Source of the DNA: Chitinophagaceae bacterium
Lineage (GTDB): Bacteria > Bacteroidota > Bacteroidia > Chitinophagales > Chitinophagaceae
NCBI GenBank assembly: GCA_044353505.1
Contig: JBILBU010000003.1
Coordinates: forward strand, 8,544 to 72,543
Direction of reading: 5' to 3'
Length of the DNA: 64,000 bases
How positions within the stretch are numbered: position 1 is the first letter of the stretch; the number at the start of each line of letters is the position of its first letter. The notes under the pieces are model-generated. The model was not told where the DNA came from, did no database searches, and was given only the letters and a program-made list of their open reading frames with translations. Made by a program: the position numbers and the translations under genes. Shown one piece after another: positions 57,024 through 64,000 of this stretch.

Positions 57024-60000
57024 ATGAGAAAATTTTTCTTGGCAACATGGCTGCTATGTCCCGTCATATTTGCCTTCTCACAGCCAACCTTCCCGGTAAA
57101 TGGGGTGGCTGATGAAAGGGAAATCACCTATGCATTCACCCATGCATCCTTGGTAATCAACCCTCAGCATAACCTCAGCGATGCCACGATGCTCATAAAA
57201 AATGGTAAAATCACAGCCATTGGCAACGCCATCTCAATTCCCCAACATGCAGTAATCATAGATTGTTCAGGGAAAACCATCTACCCATCTTTTATTGATA
57301 TGTATTCAGACTATGGAATGCCAGCGATACAAACAACCCAAGGAGGTGGCAGGAGCTTCTATGGCTCGTCACAAATTACTTCAACCCAAAAGGGGGCCTA
57401 CGGATGGAACCAAGCAATAAGAGCAGAAGTTAACGCTTCCGCACTTTTTGTAACCGATGATGCAAAAGCAAAAAGTTTACGGGAGAATGGATTTGGCGCA
57501 GTGCTTACCCACCAAAAAGATGGTATTGCAAGGGGAACTGGCAGCTTGGTTTCATTGGCATCAATGAAAGAAAACAAAGTTATACTCAAAGAAAAAGCTT
57601 CTACCCACTACTCCTTTAGCAAGGGCACATCAACCCAAACATATCCTTCTTCAATGATGGGCTCCATTGCACTATTGAGGCAAACATACATCGACGCAAC
57701 ATGGTATAAGAACAACAATGAAAAGGAAGGCGTTAATCTTAGCCTGATGGCTTGGAACAACAACCAGTCCTACCCACAAATATTTGAGGCAAATGACAAG
57801 TGGAACATATTACGTGCAGACAGAATTGGAGATGAATTTGGAACAAAATATATCATCAAAACCAATGGAAACGAATACCAGCGCATTCCAGAAATGGTTG
57901 CAGCAGGATCAACGCTGATCGTACCGCTTAACTTTCCCATGGCTATGGATGTAGAAGACCCGAACGATTCCCGCTTTGTATCAATATCAGACATGAAACA
58001 CTGGGAACTTGCCCCAACCAATCCAGCTGCACTAGAAAAAGCTGGAATCCTATTCTGTCTGACTACTGCCGATTTAAAAAACAGTAGCAATTTCATGACC
58101 AATTTAAGAAAAGCGATTGAGCATGGCCTCTCTGAAACAAAGGCACTTGAAGCGCTGACTACTACGCCTGCCGAAACATTAGGACTCACTTCAATGATTG
58201 GTAGCCTCGATGCAGGAAAAATTGCAAACTTCATCATCACGACGGGAAACATCTTCAATGAAAAAACATCCATCATTGAAAATTGGATACAAGGGGAAAA
58301 ATACAATGTAAAGGCAGAAAAATGGCAGGACGTTACAGGCACCTACGCATTAACCATCCGCTCTCCCCAAAGCGAAAACACCTACAATCTTCAGGTAAAA
58401 TCAAATACAACAGCTAACCTGATTTCAACAGACACCATTTCAGCAAAGTTCTCTTTCGACGGGAGGATGGTGAAAATAAATGTTGCTACTGAAAAGAAGT
58501 CTAAGAATAATTTGCGACTCAGTGGCATGAATAACAACGGCATATGGAATGGTTATGGCGAAGATGCAGAGGGCATCAAACTAACCTGGTCTGCCAATCT
58601 AATAAATAGAAATGAGGAGAAAAGAAAAACAGATAGCGTTAAGAAAAAAGAACCAACAACAATTGGAGAAGTTACTTATCCATTCACTGCATATGGATGG
58701 ACGGAAAAACCAAAACAAGAAATCATCGTCATAAAAAATACGATGGTGTGGACCAATGAAAAAGAAGGTAACCTGGAAAATACTGATGTACTCATCAAAG
58801 AAGGTAAGATTGCACAGATTGGAAAAAATATTCAAGATCCCAATGCAAGAATAATTGACGGAACAGGCAAGCACCTCTCTGCCGGCATCATAGATGAGCA
58901 TTCTCATATAGCTGCATCTTCGATCAACGAGGGCGCGCAGTCGGTAACGTCAGAGGTGCGCATAGCAGATAACCTAAATCCTGATGACATCAACATCTAC
59001 CGCCAACTGAGTGGCGGTGTAACATCATCTCATATCCTTCATGGCAGTGCCAATACCATTGGCGGACAAACACAACTCATAAAACTGCGCTGGGGAGCCA
59101 ATGATGATTTGCTGAAGTTTGAAGGAGCTGATGGCTTTATAAAATTTGCTTTAGGTGAAAATGTGAAAAGATCATCATCATCTCAAGGCAATACCCGATT
59201 TCCGGATACACGCATGGGTGTTGAACAGGTATTAACCGATGCCTTCACAAAGGCAAAGGACTACGAGAAGGCAATAGCCATGGCAGCTGCAATCCCTTCA
59301 AAAAACAAAAAAACTAATGCAAGCAAAATAGATCCATACCAAACAATAAGGCGTGACCTTGAATTAGAAGCGCTTGTAGAAATACTCAATAAAAAGAGAT
59401 TTATCACCTGTCACTCCTATGTGCAAAGTGAAATCAATGCTGCCATGAAAGTTGGCGAAAGACTAGGTTTCACCTTCAATACATTCACCCATATTCTTGA
59501 AGGATACAAAGTAGCTGATAAAATGAAGGCGCACGGTGCTGCAGCCTCAACATTTTCTGATTGGTGGAATTATAAGATGGAAGTAATTGATGCCATCCCT
59601 TTCAATGCATCACTTATGACTGAAGTTGGATTAAATGTTGCCATTAATTCCGATGATGCAGAAATGGCAAGGCGATTAAACCAAGAAGCAGCAAAGAGTA
59701 TAAAATTTGGGGGAATGACTGAAGAAGCTGCCTTAAAAATGGTCACCCTAAACCCAGCTAAAATGTTACACGTCGACCATAAAGTAGGGAGTATCAAGGT
59801 AGGGAAAGATGCGGATCTTGTGCTGTGGACAGACAACCCCTTAAGCATATACGCCAAGGCAGAAATAACCATGGTGGATGGCATCGTTTATTTTGATAGG
59901 AGCAAAGACTTGATTTCGAGACAACAACTGACAACAGAACGAAATAGGCTAATCCAGAAAATGAATGGAGAGAAAAAAAGTGGAGCGCCCATGGCACCAG

Positions 60001-60080
60001 CAACACCAAGCTATTCTATTCTCCTGAATTGTGGAGATCACCAACATAGCCATGGATTGTTAACCATCGATCAAGACTAA
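57024..60080 (+). CDS. Exported double-domain amidohydrolase family protein
   Basis: Signal peptide; two amidohydrolase folds (IYPSFIDMYSDY ... GKIANF and AGIIDEHSH ... GKDADLV). Confidence 0.85.
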   Translation: MRKFFLATWLLCPVIFAFSQPTFPVNGVADEREITYAFTHASLVINPQHNLSDATMLIKNGKITAIGNAISIPQHAVIIDCSGKTIYPSFIDMYSDYGMPAIQTTQGGGRSFYGSSQITSTQKGAYGWNQAIRAEVNASALFVTDDAKAKSLRENGFGAVLTHQKDGIARGTGSLVSLASMKENKVILKEKASTHYSFSKGTSTQTYPSSMMGSIALLRQTYIDATWYKNNNEKEGVNLSLMAWNNNQSYPQIFEANDKWNILRADRIGDEFGTKYIIKTNGNEYQRIPEMVAAGSTLIVPLNFPMAMDVEDPNDSRFVSISDMKHWELAPTNPAALEKAGILFCLTTADLKNSSNFMTNLRKAIEHGLSETKALEALTTTPAETLGLTSMIGSLDAGKIANFIITTGNIFNEKTSIIENWIQGEKYNVKAEKWQDVTGTYALTIRSPQSENTYNLQVKSNTTANLISTDTISAKFSFDGRMVKINVATEKKSKNNLRLSGMNNNGIWNGYGEDAEGIKLTWSANLINRNEEKRKTDSVKKKEPTTIGEVTYPFTAYGWTEKPKQEIIVIKNTMVWTNEKEGNLENTDVLIKEGKIAQIGKNIQDPNARIIDGTGKHLSAGIIDEHSHIAASSINEGAQSVTSEVRIADNLNPDDINIYRQLSGGVTSSHILHGSANTIGGQTQLIKLRWGANDDLLKFEGADGFIKFALGENVKRSSSSQGNTRFPDTRMGVEQVLTDAFTKAKDYEKAIAMAAAIPSKNKKTNASKIDPYQTIRRDLELEALVEILNKKRFITCHSYVQSEINAAMKVGERLGFTFNTFTHILEGYKVADKMKAHGAAASTFSDWWNYKMEVIDAIPFNASLMTEVGLNVAINSDDAEMARRLNQEAAKSIKFGGMTEEAALKMVTLNPAKMLHVDHKVGSIKVGKDADLVLWTDNPLSIYAKAEITMVDGIVYFDRSKDLISRQQLTTERNRLIQKMNGEKKSGAPMAPATPSYSILLNCGDHQHSHGLLTIDQD

Positions 60081-60098
60081 CAAGAAAAAAGATTTAAC

Positions 60099-61406
60099 AT
60101 GAAAAATTTACTACTCAGCATATTACTCGGGTTAACGATTTCAACTTCACTTACTGCGCAAGAAAATATTTACCCGGCAAAAAAACAGCAAGGCATCATT
60201 CTTCTACAAAACGGAACCATTCATATAGGCAATGGAGAGGTCTTGACCAACACAAGCATTTTAATACAGGATGGTAAAATCAAAGATATCGGAACCTTAC
60301 CCAATCCTTCTGGTGATGTGATGGTCATTGATGCAAAAGGGAAACATGTTTATCCGGGACTCATCTTATCAAATTCAAGCCTTGGACTTGTAGAAGTTAG
60401 CAGCATTAGGGCAACATCGGATGTTTCAGAAATTGGAGCGTACAATCCCTCAATTCGTGCATTGGTGGCGTATAATACCGACTCCAAAGTAATCAATACA
60501 CTCAAAACCAACGGCATCACCCATGCCAATATAATACCACAAGGCGGCATCATCAGTGGATCATCCTCAGTGGTACAACTTGATGCATGGAACTGGGAAG
60601 ATGCTGTCTATGCAGCAGACAATGGCATCCATCTAAATATGCCAAACCTTTATACAAGGCCAAATCCCTATGCTGAACCGCAGGATCAGCGAACTGCCTC
60701 CAATGATCCCTTAAAAAAGGGATTGGAAGAAATCGAATCCATTAAGCAATTCTTTAGAGAGGCAAAAGCATATGGTGCTAATCCAAACACCGGGAAAACA
60801 AACCTGAAGTTAGAGGCAGTCCAAGGCCTATTCTCAAAAAAACAAAAACTCTTCATTCGTTGTGATGTTGTCAAGGAAATCATTGCGGCAATCGATTTTA
60901 AAACAACATTCGACATGGATGTTGTTTTGGTCGGTGCCAGTGAGAGTTATCAAGTTGCTGAGCTATTAAAAAGAAACAACATACCGGTCATACTAAATCA
61001 AATGCATACGCTACCAACACTCGCAGATGATGGAATAGACCAGCCATACCGAGTGCCTGCTGAACTTCAAAGAGCTGGAGTATTGTTTGCAATAAATGAT
61101 GAAGATGGACAGAGCAGGGGTAAAAACCTGCCTTTCAATGCTGGCACATCGGTGGCCTACGGACTAACCAAGGAAGAAGCACTCTCCTCCATAACACTAA
61201 ATGCAGCAAAGATTTTAGGAATAGCAGATAGAACAGGTTCTATCGAAAAAGGGAAAGATGCAAATATCGTAATCAGCGAAGGTGATATCTTGGATATGCG
61301 CAGCAGCCTAATCAGCTTGGTGATGATAGAGGGCCGCATTGTAAGCCTTACCGACAAACATAAACAATTGTACGAAAGGTATAAGATCAAGTACGGATTG
61401 AAGTAA
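60099..61406 (+). CDS. Exported amidohydrolase-family protein lacking the HxH metal motif
   Basis: Signal peptide, DAKGKHVYPGLILSNSSLGL, ALSSITLNAAKILG, GSIEKGKDANIV. Confidence 0.82.
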   Translation: MKNLLLSILLGLTISTSLTAQENIYPAKKQQGIILLQNGTIHIGNGEVLTNTSILIQDGKIKDIGTLPNPSGDVMVIDAKGKHVYPGLILSNSSLGLVEVSSIRATSDVSEIGAYNPSIRALVAYNTDSKVINTLKTNGITHANIIPQGGIISGSSSVVQLDAWNWEDAVYAADNGIHLNMPNLYTRPNPYAEPQDQRTASNDPLKKGLEEIESIKQFFREAKAYGANPNTGKTNLKLEAVQGLFSKKQKLFIRCDVVKEIIAAIDFKTTFDMDVVLVGASESYQVAELLKRNNIPVILNQMHTLPTLADDGIDQPYRVPAELQRAGVLFAINDEDGQSRGKNLPFNAGTSVAYGLTKEEALSSITLNAAKILGIADRTGSIEKGKDANIVISEGDILDMRSSLISLVMIEGRIVSLTDKHKQLYERYKIKYGLK

Positions 61407-61449
61407 GGCAAAAGAAACAACTTTCTTCAATGAGCATATAATAATATGA

Positions 61450-61483
61450 AAGAGGCGCCAACTTGAATAAATTGGCGCCTCTT
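61450..61483. terminator. Hairpin terminator between convergent amidohydrolase and purF genes
   Basis: AAGAGGCGCCAA / TTGGCGCCTCTT perfect 12-bp arms. Confidence 0.75.
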
Positions 61484-61512
61484 CTAAATTATTTACTTTA
61501 ATGCTTGCAGGT

Positions 61513-63360
61513 CTAGTACCCCCTTACATCCTTCCCTTCAATGAAATTGATGAACGCTTTGTTTACAACCCGATTGCCACCAGCCGTTGGATAATTTCCT
61601 GTGAAATACCAATCACCAAGGTTACCCGGACAAGCATCATGAAGGTCTTCAATGGTTTGATAAATTACTTCCACAGGCACGGTTACTTCAGGTGGCGTTA
61701 TCAGTTCTGCAATTTTTGCAGAAATTTCCTGAGGCGTGAATGAAGCATATATTTGACGAACCACATTCTCGGTGTGCAATTCATTGTTCTGTTGTAATTC
61801 TTTGCAACGTTGATATACCTTATCAAGTACATCTGACTCGTTTCTGTCTTTCAACAAGGCCAATGCTGCTTTGAATGCAATAAAATCACCGAGCTTGCTC
61901 ATGTCAATTCCATAGCAGTCGGGATACCTTATCTGAGGTGCAGAAGAGAGGATAATAATTTTCTTTGGATGAAGTCTTGACAGCATTCTAACAATACTTT
62001 CTTTCAGCGTTGTACCACGAACAATAGAATCGTCAATTACGACAAGGGTATCAACATCTTTTTCAACGGTGCCATATGTAATGTCATACACGTGCTGCAC
62101 CATCTCTGAACGATTGGAATCTTCTGTGATGAAGGTTCTCATTTTAACATCCTTGATGGCAACTTTCTCAACGCGGATTTTTCTGTTGATCATTTCGGCA
62201 AGCTTCTCTTGATCAAAATCCTTATTCCAAGCCATGATGCGCTGTACCTTGATCTCATTGAGAAAATCTTCCATGCCCTTGAGTAAGCCGTAAAATGCAA
62301 CTTCTGCGGTATTGGGAATGAAAGAAAAAATGGTATGCTTTAGGTCATTGTTAATGGCCTTCAATACATTGCTGCTCAATCGATATCCAAGTCCTATTCT
62401 TTCACGATAAATCTTTTCGTCACTTCCGCGAGAAAAATAAATTCTTTCAAAACTGCAAGCACGTCTTGGCTTTGGCTCTAAAATCTGTTCGATAGACCAA
62501 GTTCCATCACCCTTCACGATTAAAGCATTGCCAGGCATCAATTCCTTGACTTCATTTTCTGCAACATGAAAACATGTTCTGATGGCTGCCCGCTCTGATG
62601 CTGCAACAACCACTTCGTCATCTATATAGTAATAAGAAGGCCTGATGCCATAAGGATCTCTGATCACAAAGGAATCACCATTGCCAATCAATCCACCCAC
62701 ATGGTAGCCCCCATCAAAATTTTTGAATGCATTTTTTAATACCCCAGCAACTGACATATTGCCTGGATTGGACTCGTCATCTTTTACAATAAAGTGATGA
62801 ACCATTTCCATCATGGCAGCCAGATCACTGTTCTTTTGAAATTCCGCTGGCTCAATACCCACCAATCCAAAAATCTCATCTGTATTCACAAGATTGAAAT
62901 TACCCGCCAATGCGAGGTTTCTGGCAGGAATGATATCTCTTTTTATGAATGGATGACAAAATTCAACATTATTCTTACCCTGCGTTCCATAGCGTAAATG
63001 CCCCAAAAGCAGTTCTCCCATAAAGTTGAGGTGACCCTTCATGAGTCCAGGGTGCTTGCGAATCTCTGGCTGAGACTTCTCTAATTCGTTTATTTCCTTT
63101 CCTACCTGTGCAAAAAGATCAGCAATCGCTTGAGTTGCAATACTTCTTAAACGATGCATAAAAGGGTAGCCTGGCTCAGCATTCAGCTTGACTGCTGCAA
63201 TACCTGCTCCATCCTGACCACGGTTATGCTGCTTCTCCATCAACAGATAGAGCTTATTTAGGCCATAAAGTGCCGTACCCTTTTTTTGCTGGTAGTAGGA
63301 AAATGGTTTTCTTAATCTGATGAATGCGAGGCCGCATTCGTGCTTAATTGCATCACTCAT
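61513..63360 (-). CDS. purF: Amidophosphoribosyltransferase (long Bacteroidota form)
   Basis: MSDAIKHE|CG propeptide/Ntn Cys, QHNRGQDGAG, HLRYGT, RDPYGIRP, PRPP motif VVIDDSIVRGTT. Confidence 0.88.
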   Translation of the reverse strand: MSDAIKHECGLAFIRLRKPFSYYQQKKGTALYGLNKLYLLMEKQHNRGQDGAGIAAVKLNAEPGYPFMHRLRSIATQAIADLFAQVGKEINELEKSQPEIRKHPGLMKGHLNFMGELLLGHLRYGTQGKNNVEFCHPFIKRDIIPARNLALAGNFNLVNTDEIFGLVGIEPAEFQKNSDLAAMMEMVHHFIVKDDESNPGNMSVAGVLKNAFKNFDGGYHVGGLIGNGDSFVIRDPYGIRPSYYYIDDEVVVAASERAAIRTCFHVAENEVKELMPGNALIVKGDGTWSIEQILEPKPRRACSFERIYFSRGSDEKIYRERIGLGYRLSSNVLKAINNDLKHTIFSFIPNTAEVAFYGLLKGMEDFLNEIKVQRIMAWNKDFDQEKLAEMINRKIRVEKVAIKDVKMRTFITEDSNRSEMVQHVYDITYGTVEKDVDTLVVIDDSIVRGTTLKESIVRMLSRLHPKKIIILSSAPQIRYPDCYGIDMSKLGDFIAFKAALALLKDRNESDVLDKVYQRCKELQQNNELHTENVVRQIYASFTPQEISAKIAELITPPEVTVPVEVIYQTIEDLHDACPGNLGDWYFTGNYPTAGGNRVVNKAFINFIEGKDVRGY

Positions 63361-63429
63361 AAATAGAAATCAGAAAATCTAAATTACACTGAATCAACAA
63401 GAACCTAAAAAATAAAATGCACATGTTTA

Positions 63430-63999
63430 TTAATTCACCGCGTAGTTAGGAAATTGCTTTCTAAGGGATTCACAATCCTGGTATTCCTTTTCCACTTTGA
63501 TGTAGTAAGTAGGCAGTTTTTCTTGGAACCACTTCTCTACGACTCTTTCCTTTTTTTCCGCCAAGGCCCTTTGTGCAATTCTATCGTAATCGTCTCTCAA
63601 GTTCTCCCTATGGGGCTCTGTTTTGCGTTGCAGATAAACAATTCTTACAGCCTGCTTATCCTGCTCTTCTTTGAAGACCATAGGCTTTGAATACTCTCCT
63701 ACCTTCAGATCACTTAGGTATGGGACAAGATTTTTATCAAGTTCATCGATGGTTACAAAATTCCCGCCCTGACCACTCATGATACCTGCAGTAAACTTAC
63801 TGTTTTGGTCATCACTAAATTTATCAACGGCCTCTCCAAATGCGAGCTTGCCAGCAATCAACTTCGTTCTAATTGAATCAAGTTTATCGGTAACAGCCTG
63901 AATATCCTCCGGCAAAACCTGCGGGATACGCAGTATGTGCCTGATCACAGCGTCGTCTCCATTGCGGCTAACCATCTGAATAATGTGGTAACCGAATTT
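63430..63999 (-). CDS. Parvulin-type peptidyl-prolyl isomerase (SurA-like), C-terminal part (truncated by window end)
   Basis: Frame open to the window edge: KFGYHIIQMVSRNGDDAVIRHILRIPQV, AVDKFSDD, LKVGEYSKP, LRDDYDRI. Confidence 0.8.
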   Translation of the reverse strand, partial: KFGYHIIQMVSRNGDDAVIRHILRIPQVLPEDIQAVTDKLDSIRTKLIAGKLAFGEAVDKFSDDQNSKFTAGIMSGQGGNFVTIDELDKNLVPYLSDLKVGEYSKPMVFKEEQDKQAVRIVYLQRKTEPHRENLRDDYDRIAQRALAEKKERVVEKWFQEKLPTYYIKVEKEYQDCESLRKQFPNYAVN

Positions 64000-64000
64000 A

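Noticed and set aside
63430-64000. Possible pseudogene or truncated PPIase
   Set aside because: The frame stays open to the window edge (KFGYHIIQ...); the short length is a window artefact.
1-64000. tRNA, rRNA, IS elements, integrases, prophage genes
   Set aside because: No cloverleaf or rRNA-like stretches in the short intergenic regions and no transposase, integrase or phage motifs among the ORFs, as judged by eye.

Overview
A compact, roughly 40% GC core-genome segment from a Bacteroidota organism, most likely Chitinophagaceae. This placement is inferred from TAnnTTTG-type promoter boxes, the KMGKS-type CysS, the short ObgE, the long PurF and the gene neighbourhoods. About 57 CDSs are present, mostly housekeeping or envelope genes (idi partial, ridA, tsaB, nadB, meaB, coaX, lptC, serC, korA, nth, ftsB, obgE, cysS, rlmD, metF, lptB, fabG, adk, msrB, purF, a partial SurA-like PPIase), plus a TetR-TolC-MFP-RND efflux operon and a carbonic anhydrase-SulP unit. 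I saw no tRNA, rRNA, CRISPR array, transposase, integrase or prophage gene. The least explained signals are: (1) three intergenic clusters of inverted short repeats, two lying between divergent promoters and one a modular YGTC-tagged REP-like element; (2) a small membrane-targeted ORF ending in PPP upstream of the CA-SulP genes, a candidate arrest/leader peptide; (3) an intact rhomboid followed by a rhomboid lacking the catalytic Ser; (4) an exported amidohydrolase pair in which only one of three domains keeps metal ligands; (5) a glycosyltransferase whose conserved N-terminus has no canonical in-frame start; (6) serC-DUF1015 without serA, and apparently orphan korA, meaB and anti-sigma-like genes. 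All functional calls come from motif recognition by eye; no searches were run.
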